The notes beneath the pieces are model-generated. The model searched no databases. It was given only the letters and a program-made list of their open reading frames with translations, and was not told the origin of the DNA. Positions 1-8,589 of a stretch of 64,000 nucleotides of DNA are shown here, in pieces. Source of the DNA: Candidatus Obscuribacterales bacterium (GTDB taxonomy: Bacteria > Cyanobacteriota > Vampirovibrionia > Obscuribacterales > Obscuribacteraceae); contig CBDDIJ010000005.1 of the NCBI GenBank assembly GCA_965228855.1, positions 128,001 to 192,000 of the forward strand, in the 5' to 3' direction. Position 1 is the first letter of the stretch. Each line of letters begins with the position of its first letter. The position numbers and the translations under genes were made by a program.

Positions 1-126
1 CGGTCCGCGCAAGCCGACGACCTTTCCGAAGCGCATCACCACGAGTCTATCGTACTCTTTAACAATCCGGATACCGGTCGCAAGAGTGATCGCAGTCAGC
101 AAAAATAATCCGCTAAGAACTTCCAT
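1..126 (-). CDS. SPFH/stomatin (band 7, slipin) family protein, N-terminal part; runs off the left edge
   Basis: Not in the ORF track. Manual translation from ATG at 126 gives MEVLSGLFLLTAITLATGIRIVKEYDRLVVMRFGKVVGLRGP: a hydrophobic anchor followed by the stomatin-type IRIVKEYxRxVVxRxG..G.RGP start. Confidence 0.8.
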   Translation of the reverse strand, partial: MEVLSGLFLLTAITLATGIRIVKEYDRLVVMRFGKVVGLRGP

Positions 127-287
127 CGTTCAATTTCACTTCAGTGGTTCTAGCCCAACATTCCCAGTTTAGCGCCGAGCTCCGACACTTTTTCAGGAAA
201 CTCAGGGAAAACTCCATATGGACATCAGCGCTCGCCCTTTAGGATGGGAATATCGTAAAGGACGCCCGCATTTTTTGAGGCAGTATT

Positions 288-3200
288 ATGGCTGAAAAGG
301 CTACCGGCGAACGTTCATCTTCGCAATCCACTGATTCTCAAAGCGCGCCAAAGCGTCGCAACATGAAGCGTCACCGCTATCACGAACGTGCGGATCAGTC
401 CGGCAGGCACGCCTCACAGTGCGTTTTCGGCGACACAACCAATCGCATTGGCTTTCATTCAGGAGAAAACAGTTCGCCTATTCCGCTTCCAGGCGACGCA
501 AAACCGGCAAAGCACGAAAGGATTTTCCGCCCCGGTCTGGAAACTCTCGCCTTCGGCGTCGCCCTGCCACTAATGGCGGTGGCGGTCGAAACCAACTTTC
601 ATGTGATGGCCAAACAATACTTCGATCCGTTTCCCACTCACTTTCACGTTTTGCTCTTTCTGCTCATTCCGGTTTCAAACCTTTTATCGTGGCTTGCCGT
701 TCGATACAAAATTACGCCACTGTATTCGACGATGAGCTTGTGCAGTGGGATGGCACTGGGCATTGCCGTTCTCTACTCTGTCATGTTGATTCCGCAGACG
801 CCGATGTTCTTCGGCATGCTTTCGATGGGAACCGGCTTCCTGGGCTTAGCTCCTTTGTTCTCGATTCCTATCACTCTTCTGTGCGGCACGACCATTTGTA
901 AACTGGCAGACAGGGAAAAAACCTTTTTCGACGCTCATCAACTCAAACACCTGGGTCACCTGATCGTGCTCATTATGGTAATCATGGTCGAATTGCCATC
1001 GACGATGACGCGATACTATCTCGGACAAGTTGACAGGTCCGGAAATCCTAATGAGGTTATTCGGTGGTTGCGCCAGTGGGGAAGCCCGGAGGTTTTGCTT
1101 CGTGCCTGTTATGAGCGCTCAGGTGAGGCCACGGACATTCTCGGTTCAATCGCTGAAAACATGCATCCGGTTCCGGTAGAGCGAGCGCGAGCGATTTACT
1201 ATCAGGTGACCGGAGTGGCATTCAATTCCGTTCCGATTCCGCCCTCGTTTCGCGGCACCATAAAGAACTCTGGCGTTGTGACCGATCCAAGTGGTTTGAA
1301 TGAAGGCGTTGAAGACGAATTTGATCTGGACCCGGATATAGCGGGGGAACTTGTAAGCGGTGTCGCCCGAGGTCTTTCAGTCTCTGAATCGAGCATCGAG
1401 GGCTCGATGAATGCTGCCAACGGCATAGGAATTCTCGATTGGTCATTTACTTTCGAAAACGTCTCCACCACCCCCAGGGAAGCAAGAGCAAAAATCTTGT
1501 TGCCACCGAATGCGGTGATCACAAAGGCATCAATCGTTCTTGATGGAGTGGAAAAAGAAACTGTAATTCAAGAGCGGGGATTGGCGAGAAACACTTACGT
1601 GAACTCGGTTTACAGCCACAAGAAAGATCCGTTGCTAGTCAGCATGGACGGTCTCGATAGCGTGCTGGTTCAATGCTATCCGGTGCGTAAAGGTTCCGCA
1701 ACCAAAATAAAATTGCACATAGTTTCTCCCCTCGTCGTCTCAGCGAAGGACGAAGAATCGCTAACACTGCCAACCTTCGAAGAGCGTAATTTTGCAATAG
1801 CAAAGCCGCACAAACTCTCACTTGTAGGTGACAGCAAAATATCAGTTCCTGGAGTTGCGACGACGCAAAAGGGCGATGGCGGCAAACAGGCACTGAGCGC
1901 CACGCTGGACAACTCGCTACTGGCGAGATTCTCGGTTGTACCCAAAATCGAGGCTCGCTCAGGAAGCGCCGAAGAACTCACTATTCGACCACCGGAGTCC
2001 AGCGCGCAAGCGCGGCAAGCGTTTTACTCCGCATTACCAGCCCAGGAGCTTGGATCGCATTTTGAGAGACTGGCAGTCCTGAACGCTTCAACAGACAGGC
2101 CTCTGACGATTATTGTAGACAAGTCGATCACCATGGCTCCTTACATGGACGACATCGTGTCCGCGCTTAACAGCGCCCCTACCAACGTAACGCTCTCACT
2201 GGTGGAAGTACATGACGGTGTCGAATACCTTTTGAAGGAGTCGCTCGCTATCGGAGAGCCTTACAAAAATGCGATTGCAAAATTTGCAGACGTAAAATGC
2301 GATGGCGGACAATCAGATGGAAGGGCTCTGGAGCAGGTCATGCGCGCGGATTCGGGACGCGGAGCCATTCTCTGGATTCACGCAGCTCAACCTCTGGCTG
2401 ATTCAGACACAAGTTTCATCAGAGCGCAGCTCTCGAACGCTCGAGCAACGCGACTCTATGACCTGCAAGTTGCCTCCGGTCCCAATGCCATACTGCCTGA
2501 ATCTTACGACCTTCCGGCACTGAGCCGCGTCGCCCGCAGCGGTTCACTAAAGGCGGATTTGCAAGCATTTCTAACGAACTATGCGCAGAATAAGATTCGA
2601 AGATGCGCCACCACTTATGGTGCACGAGCAGCAAGCTCGATCCCGGAAGTCAAACAAGTACAAGCGTATAAACTGGCACTGGCTCGCTATCAGTCAGGCG
2701 ATCGATATGGCGCCTACGACCTGGCAAAACGCTACCACCTCGTCACGCCGGTTTCCAGCGCGGTAGTTAGCCTGCCTGACGATCAAAAATTCCAGGTCGC
2801 CGAAGAAATTCGTCAGAAGAAATTAGCTGGTAACAAGACATTGGCAGGATTACCGGTTTCGGATATCCGTCAACGTTCAGACGGATTGTTGACGAAACAG
2901 AAATCGATAAGCGAATCCCCACCGTTTTCAGGAGCCCTGGACGAGGTCGCCGCTAAAGGTGACGCGGTGCCTGCGAGACTAAATGCCAGCATGATGCCAG
3001 CCTGCCCGCCTGCAGAGAGCACCCGATTCCAAGCAAAAGAGAGCTCCAGCCTGGAAGCGAAAAAGTTCTTCACCGATTACGACAAGATGTCCAGCTCCGA
3101 TATGCCGCAGCCCGAGCCCGTTCTGCAAGGCGCCACCAACGGAACCGTCGGCCAGCAGCAAGCAGACGGAAGCGAAAGCGATATTGGAGCCGCAGGCAGC

Positions 3201-3584
3201 GCAAGAGGCGGCAGCAACGGATTCGGTCTTCTCGACCGCTTCACCGCAATGAGTGATAGCAGTTCAGCGGCGGCAGGAGGCGTACCGGCATCGGGTCCAG
3301 TTGCATCGATGAATGGATTCAACGGCTCAAACGGTTTAATCGGTGCTCCTGTCGATCCGCGTTACGGTCAATCGAATGAGATCGGTACATTTGTCGACAC
3401 TGGCAATCTCTCGATGGCTGCGGGCACGATGGAACGGAGATCCCACGGTTTCCTCGACGCGACAAGCATTATCATGTTCATGGGCGCGATCTTTTTCGGT
3501 ACGATTGCGTGGTTACTGCTTTCCGCGGCTAGCCGTTTGAAAACAAAAGAAGAGAACCAGTCCGGAAATCCGTTCAAAGACTAA
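288..3584 (+). CDS. Integral membrane protein with VIT domain, degenerate vWA-like domain, low-complexity linker and C-terminal TM helix
   Basis: Several N-terminal hydrophobic helices; VIT-like segment WSFTFENVSTTPREARAKILLPPNAVITKASI; vWA-like strand IIVDKSITM; LVTPVSSAVV motif typical of VIT/vWA C-termini; final TM IIMFMGAIFFGTIAWLLL. GAGG lies upstream of the ATG. Confidence 0.75.
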   Translation: MAEKATGERSSSQSTDSQSAPKRRNMKRHRYHERADQSGRHASQCVFGDTTNRIGFHSGENSSPIPLPGDAKPAKHERIFRPGLETLAFGVALPLMAVAVETNFHVMAKQYFDPFPTHFHVLLFLLIPVSNLLSWLAVRYKITPLYSTMSLCSGMALGIAVLYSVMLIPQTPMFFGMLSMGTGFLGLAPLFSIPITLLCGTTICKLADREKTFFDAHQLKHLGHLIVLIMVIMVELPSTMTRYYLGQVDRSGNPNEVIRWLRQWGSPEVLLRACYERSGEATDILGSIAENMHPVPVERARAIYYQVTGVAFNSVPIPPSFRGTIKNSGVVTDPSGLNEGVEDEFDLDPDIAGELVSGVARGLSVSESSIEGSMNAANGIGILDWSFTFENVSTTPREARAKILLPPNAVITKASIVLDGVEKETVIQERGLARNTYVNSVYSHKKDPLLVSMDGLDSVLVQCYPVRKGSATKIKLHIVSPLVVSAKDEESLTLPTFEERNFAIAKPHKLSLVGDSKISVPGVATTQKGDGGKQALSATLDNSLLARFSVVPKIEARSGSAEELTIRPPESSAQARQAFYSALPAQELGSHFERLAVLNASTDRPLTIIVDKSITMAPYMDDIVSALNSAPTNVTLSLVEVHDGVEYLLKESLAIGEPYKNAIAKFADVKCDGGQSDGRALEQVMRADSGRGAILWIHAAQPLADSDTSFIRAQLSNARATRLYDLQVASGPNAILPESYDLPALSRVARSGSLKADLQAFLTNYAQNKIRRCATTYGARAASSIPEVKQVQAYKLALARYQSGDRYGAYDLAKRYHLVTPVSSAVVSLPDDQKFQVAEEIRQKKLAGNKTLAGLPVSDIRQRSDGLLTKQKSISESPPFSGALDEVAAKGDAVPARLNASMMPACPPAESTRFQAKESSSLEAKKFFTDYDKMSSSDMPQPEPVLQGATNGTVGQQQADGSESDIGAAGSARGGSNGFGLLDRFTAMSDSSSAAAGGVPASGPVASMNGFNGSNGLIGAPVDPRYGQSNEIGTFVDTGNLSMAAGTMERRSHGFLDATSIIMFMGAIFFGTIAWLLLSAASRLKTKEENQSGNPFKD

Positions 3585-3662
3585 GTTCTCTTCTGTTTCT
3601 CAACAACGAACTCTCAGACGAGTTCCGTTAATCTATTCGACCACTGTTTTATACGACTTGGA

Positions 3663-3977
3663 CTAGTCGACCACGGTCCTATATGAACCGGGCTCATATT
3701 CTCTCTGCTGAATGACTTTGTAGTAGCCCGGCGCCAGGTCAATCGCATTGTGCTCTTCGTGCACCAGCCGCGCACCCGGTTTTGCTTCTAAAATACGGTC
3801 CGACTTCCACTGATAGAGCGCCGCAAAATTCGCGTCAATCGCATGCGCATGTCCCGTCACTTCCCCGTAAGCCAGAACAATTCTGCCATCGGCATCCTGT
3901 TGCACGGCGCCTTTGGGTACAGCGTCCATGTCGACCTTAACTAGCAGCACATCTCCCTGACGGTACTGAATACCCAT
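3663..3977 (-). CDS. Small His-rich conserved hypothetical protein (RQGDV / GExTGHxH / HxEH / QREY family)
   Basis: GGAGG 7 nt before ATG 3977 (the ORF track starts at 4022). Motifs YRQGDVLL, LAYGEVTGHAHAI, LVHEEHNAIDLAPGYYKVIQQREYEP. Confidence 0.85.
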   Translation of the reverse strand: MGIQYRQGDVLLVKVDMDAVPKGAVQQDADGRIVLAYGEVTGHAHAIDANFAALYQWKSDRILEAKPGARLVHEEHNAIDLAPGYYKVIQQREYEPGSYRTVVD

Positions 3978-4201
3978 GTCCATTCCTCCATGCCCAGGCT
4001 GAAGCCATCGTTCATTTCCCATGATATACGGCTCGGACTCTCCCTGTGATGTCCGTAAGGTTAAATCGGTCAGGTTTGAACTTTAACTCCATTTTTTGCA
4101 ACACTTCAACCTTTCATGCACATGTTTCGCGGCAAAATGGCAATATAGAATTGGTAGGCGTATGGCAATCACCGGCAGTATCAATCGGAAGCTCATCCTC
4201 G

Positions 4202-5773
4202 ATGACCCACCTGGTAGACGATAACCTCAATCATCTGAGTGAGGAACACAAAGAGCTTCTGGAAGAGTTTAACCAGGGCTGGACTCGCCACCAGAAGCAA
4301 CCCAATCAGGTTCAGCGCCACGCTATGGCGCTCGACGTGAAGGAACTTTATACGCGTTCGGGACTGAACACGCCGGTTGTTATCGTCTGCGACAGCATTT
4401 TTCAATTGACCGTTTATCCAATCATCATCGCGCTAATGCTTGATGAACACAGTCGCGACCATGTAATTCCGACTCTGCGGCGCAGCCTGCAAATGCCGCC
4501 GTGGGCACGCTTATGGCAAAACCTGGATGCTCAATTGCAGGATTCGCAGTTGAAAACGCTCGGCGTGAAGAGCGATAAGAACCGCCAGCAAAACTCGCAA
4601 AAGGAATTGAGCAGAAAAATACATCGTATTTATGAAAATGTCGGCGGCACCGTAGATACTCATGACGCGCCACGTTTAACAGCTATAGGTCTGCAAATAA
4701 ATTCGAACTTCCACGCCGCCGTGAAATCGCTACTGGCTTCTTTGAAAAAAGACGTAAACGGCTGGGTGTCCGATCAGGCAATGGAGAAAGCCAATCAGCG
4801 CCACCAGCAAATCACGACCATGTTCGCTCGCATGGAGTCGCAGCTGGATCTTCAATTGTTGCCGCAAATCGTGGCGCGCACAATCAATACTTTCAAAACG
4901 ATTCTTTCGGCAGAAGAAGGTCGTCTTGGCGCTCCTCGCTCAGCCTCGACTTCGCCGCATAGCGGTGAGCACAGCGAAATTCTTTCTTTGATCAATCAAT
5001 CAAAGGGTGAAGATGAAAGTGAAAGTCCGGCAAGACCGGTTGGAAACGCGCTCTGGAGCCCAGCTCGCATGGGCGCTTATAGAGATCCCGCCATTCGTTT
5101 GATTTCGTCCGGGCTGCAACTGGAGCTGTTCAAAAAATCACAACTCATGCAGTCATTTCCACTGCACTTCTTTCTGCGCGATATCGCACAGGACGCCTAC
5201 AGCGCACCAAATCTGGAGTCACTAAACATCTGGAGCCGGTTGCTGGAAAAGGCATACGCGTTACTTTTCTACGAAGGCATCGCCTTCGTTTGCGAATATC
5301 CGGTTTACTCTCGCCTCGATCCCGAACACCGGTTTCACGATGAGAAAGGCGCCGCGCTGAGGTTCAGCGACGAATTCCAAACCCACTTCTGGCACGGACG
5401 TCGCGTCTCGCGCGATATCATCGAAGATCCAGATAGTATCAACGTCGATAGAATCGAGCGCGAGCGTAATGTAGAGACTCGCTCCATTCTCATAGAACGC
5501 TACGGCTTGGAGCGCTTTTTGAAGGACTCAGGCGCAGTCAAAATCAGCGAAGACGAATGCGGAGTACTCTATCGAAAAGTTTTCACCTCATCCGATTCGA
5601 TGACCGACGAGCCGCTGGTCGTTGTGATGGTCAACAACTCGACACCCGAACCGGACGGAACCAGTAAGCAATACTTTCTGAGAGTCCCCCCGGGCGTGCG
5701 GAGCGCTCGAGAAGGCGTCGCCTGGACGTTTGGTTTGAGCGAGGACGAATACGCTCCGGGTGTGGAATCGTAG
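4202..5773 (+). CDS. DUF6745-like domain protein
   Basis: C-terminal region has HDEKGAALRFSD..HFWHG, ERNVETRSILIERYG and VNNSTPEPDGTSKQYFLRVPP..AREGVAWTFG...EYAP, which I recall as the DUF6745 pattern. The start is uncertain (ORF open from 4046; ATG 4202 preferred). Confidence 0.75.
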   Translation: MTHLVDDNLNHLSEEHKELLEEFNQGWTRHQKQPNQVQRHAMALDVKELYTRSGLNTPVVIVCDSIFQLTVYPIIIALMLDEHSRDHVIPTLRRSLQMPPWARLWQNLDAQLQDSQLKTLGVKSDKNRQQNSQKELSRKIHRIYENVGGTVDTHDAPRLTAIGLQINSNFHAAVKSLLASLKKDVNGWVSDQAMEKANQRHQQITTMFARMESQLDLQLLPQIVARTINTFKTILSAEEGRLGAPRSASTSPHSGEHSEILSLINQSKGEDESESPARPVGNALWSPARMGAYRDPAIRLISSGLQLELFKKSQLMQSFPLHFFLRDIAQDAYSAPNLESLNIWSRLLEKAYALLFYEGIAFVCEYPVYSRLDPEHRFHDEKGAALRFSDEFQTHFWHGRRVSRDIIEDPDSINVDRIERERNVETRSILIERYGLERFLKDSGAVKISEDECGVLYRKVFTSSDSMTDEPLVVVMVNNSTPEPDGTSKQYFLRVPPGVRSAREGVAWTFGLSEDEYAPGVES

Positions 5774-5839
5774 ATAGATTGGTGCCTCTTCTCAACGGGC
5801 ATATTAGAATGCAAGAAAAGCGCTATCGAGAAGCCTTGT

Positions 5840-7006
5840 GTGAAAAAATCGAACTCACGATGCGTTGCGGTTACCTCGGCAACTGTTGCCTTAACAGTTG
5901 CACTGGCTCTTTTGAGCGGCGAAACAGCTCGCGCCGGTGATGACCCTTTTGCACTCACGGACGAAGGAAGCTCGATGAAAACGGTCCCGGGGCGCCAAGC
6001 AATCGACGGTGGAACGTTCTTAAAACCAGCAAATAATCCTGTCGAAACAAAACCCACGGCGAATGCGTTTTTGGAACCGTTGCCGCCAGGAGAACCGCTT
6101 CAAGTAGGTTTCGACTTACTAAAAAAACTCGAGTATGAACGCGCTCTGGCCGCGTTTAACATAGCGGCTCGAACGAACCCGACTGCTGCCGAACCGCACT
6201 TCGGGCGAGCAAAGGCACTGCTAGGACTGCAGCGTAGAGACGAGGCACTCAAAGAATTCAAACTCTGTACTCTTCTGGATCCATCCGCTAGCAACACCGA
6301 AAAGTGCGATAAAGAGATCGAATACTACACGGCGAAAGCGCCTGCAGGCGCGCCTCTCACCGTGACCTCAGAAGACATCGAGAAATCGAGCACAAGGGTC
6401 ACGAATCAAGCGTCCAGCCGAATTAAACAGATTCACAGCGAAGCAGCCGCACGCGGTCTCTATCTGAGTCGCGCCAGTCTCGGAAGCAAATCTTCTAAAT
6501 ACCGACACATCCCGGTCCCGGCTATGCCGTCCTCCTCTCTGTCTCTAAATGGCGGCGGCGGCGGTCTTTCTGCACACGACTATTACATTCGAAATGGAAC
6601 ACTCAGCGGTTACGACTCACGTGCGTACAGTCGCTCGCGAAGATATGATGCAGCAGCAAAAGCTGACGACGCAAGGCGCCGCGCCGAGGCTGTTCGAGAC
6701 GCTGCAATCGGTTTGAATCAAGCGATGTCCACCAAACCATCCGACTCCTCCGGGGTATATCTATCGCCGCATGGGACCAATCTGTATGTGAGAAACTACG
6801 TCAACTTCGATCCGGTGAAACAAGAAGCGGTACAAACCGAAGCATTGTCGGCGAAGCAAATGTCTATTGACACCACAGGTGGTGCAGAGAAGCCAGTGAA
6901 GCTCCCGGCTAAGCCATCACCGATCGATCCGCAATTGCCATCGCTTGACGAGCTAGTCAAATCAGCGAGTCCAAAATCCGCACCAACGTCTTTTTCAAAC
7001 AAGTAA
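5840..7006 (+). CDS. Exported TPR-repeat protein
   Basis: Signal-peptide-like N-terminus ending ARA; TPR pairs (ALAAFNIAARTNP..AEPHFGRAKALLGL..DEALKEFKLCTLLDP). Confidence 0.75.
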   Translation: MKKSNSRCVAVTSATVALTVALALLSGETARAGDDPFALTDEGSSMKTVPGRQAIDGGTFLKPANNPVETKPTANAFLEPLPPGEPLQVGFDLLKKLEYERALAAFNIAARTNPTAAEPHFGRAKALLGLQRRDEALKEFKLCTLLDPSASNTEKCDKEIEYYTAKAPAGAPLTVTSEDIEKSSTRVTNQASSRIKQIHSEAAARGLYLSRASLGSKSSKYRHIPVPAMPSSSLSLNGGGGGLSAHDYYIRNGTLSGYDSRAYSRSRRYDAAAKADDARRRAEAVRDAAIGLNQAMSTKPSDSSGVYLSPHGTNLYVRNYVNFDPVKQEAVQTEALSAKQMSIDTTGGAEKPVKLPAKPSPIDPQLPSLDELVKSASPKSAPTSFSNK

Positions 7007-7014
7007 CCGGGACG

Positions 7015-8550
7015 ATGTTGCAGCACAGCTCCAGATTTGAAGGAAAACCGCTTGCGCTCGTAACGTTTCTAGTTCTCGGTCTCCTACACATCCAACTCTT
7101 TGCGCCATGTTCTGCCGAGGACATGCAGTCCGTAAGTCAAACAGCTAATTCATCGGGCGGTCAACCTCCTGCAACATCGAACAGTGGGAACACGGAACAA
7201 GCCGCCACAGGCGGTGATTCTGTTGCAAAAACGCCAGAGACCTTTTCGCTTCCGGAAGGTCAATCTCTGTTTGTTAAAGGTAAATATGACGAAGCTCTGA
7301 AGCACTTCGATAAAGGCGTCGACGATAATCCAACGGACTCGGCGAGTCATTTGTGGAGAGCCCGATGTCTCGACGCACTTTTGCGCTTCAAGGACGCTAG
7401 CGCTGAATATAAGCTAGCCATGCTTCTCTCCAGCGACGACGCTGTAAAAAAAGAGTGCGCAGAGGCGTTGAAAAAGAATAACGAGCCAGTGCCGACCGGA
7501 ACAGTTTTGCCAGTCGAAAACAAGAAAGCATTTAAACTCTCAACCAAGAAATTGGAGTGGAACGTCGGCGCGGAGAAAGAATTTAAAGCCAATCTCGATG
7601 CCCAGGATGCTCAACTTGCAGCCGCTCTCAGGGGCGGTCCCGGTGTTTTCGGATTGGCTACCGGTCGAGGTTTTCGCCCGGTCAATCTAGAGGCGGAACT
7701 CAAAGCTGGACCGGCACACTCTACTTTCCAGCTTGCAGCTGAAGATGTTCGCGCCTTGCAAAACGCTGATGTTTACATCATTCTCGATCACTCGGGCTCG
7801 ATGAGTTCCGAAGACTGCCCATCTGCAGATCTTAAACCAATGGAGCGTTTGGAGTGGGCCATCGAGGAGATGCTGGGCTTCACCAGGACTCTGGAAAAAG
7901 CCCTGCCGCACGGTTTCATCTTCATCCCGTTCAACAACACACCGGAAGCGCACTCAATTCGAAGCGCAGAACAGTTCAATCAACTGCTTCATAACATGAA
8001 GCCCGCCGGAGGCACTCAACTATCTCCTGCTATCGAACTGGCTTTTCGCTATCATGCCTATCATCTGGACAAACCGATCTTGATCGCAATCGTAAGCGAT
8101 GGCGAAGTCAGTATCGACAATGTGAAAAAGACAATTGCCGATGCGACCAGACGCTTTCCCCTTCCTAACGGTCTGTTTGTCACATTTTGCCAGATCGGCA
8201 TCACGTCCTCAGCGAGAACAGAGTTGACCGAGGAGATGAAACAGCAAATGGGCAACGACATACAGGGATTGTACTCGCTGAACTATCTCGTAAACAACTC
8301 TCGCGCGGTCTACAATCCGTGCCTCGTAGTGCCGTTCAAACAGCTGCGCAAGTACGGTTTAGGTAGAACCATACTTAGAGGACTGCGCGCATATTACCCG
8401 GTGAAACCAACGGCAGCCGCCACCACAGACGGTGACAAGGCGAAACCGAACGGGTCGAAACAAGACGCGGGAAAAACGAAAGAGTCGAAACCGGTTACGT
8501 CGAAACCTGGCACCGGAAAGACTAATGGAACGAAAACGCCGGCAAAGTAA
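7015..8550 (+). CDS. Exported TPR + vWA (MIDAS) domain protein
   Basis: Signal peptide; TPR (YDEALKHFDKGVDDNP...HLWRARCL); MIDAS DHSGSM, GGT and IVSDG; Lys-rich tail. Confidence 0.8.
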   Translation: MLQHSSRFEGKPLALVTFLVLGLLHIQLFAPCSAEDMQSVSQTANSSGGQPPATSNSGNTEQAATGGDSVAKTPETFSLPEGQSLFVKGKYDEALKHFDKGVDDNPTDSASHLWRARCLDALLRFKDASAEYKLAMLLSSDDAVKKECAEALKKNNEPVPTGTVLPVENKKAFKLSTKKLEWNVGAEKEFKANLDAQDAQLAAALRGGPGVFGLATGRGFRPVNLEAELKAGPAHSTFQLAAEDVRALQNADVYIILDHSGSMSSEDCPSADLKPMERLEWAIEEMLGFTRTLEKALPHGFIFIPFNNTPEAHSIRSAEQFNQLLHNMKPAGGTQLSPAIELAFRYHAYHLDKPILIAIVSDGEVSIDNVKKTIADATRRFPLPNGLFVTFCQIGITSSARTELTEEMKQQMGNDIQGLYSLNYLVNNSRAVYNPCLVVPFKQLRKYGLGRTILRGLRAYYPVKPTAAATTDGDKAKPNGSKQDAGKTKESKPVTSKPGTGKTNGTKTPAK

Positions 8551-8560
8551 TTTGCCGGCG
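8537..8560 (-). terminator. Intrinsic terminator hairpin for the rpoB-rpoC1-rpoC2 operon (possibly bidirectional)
   Basis: CGCCGGCAAA-GTAA-TTTGCCGGCG, a 10-bp stem between convergent genes, followed by TTTT on the minus strand. Confidence 0.65.
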
Positions 8561-8589
8561 CTCCCTGTTTTCTTATTTCCGCAAATCGA

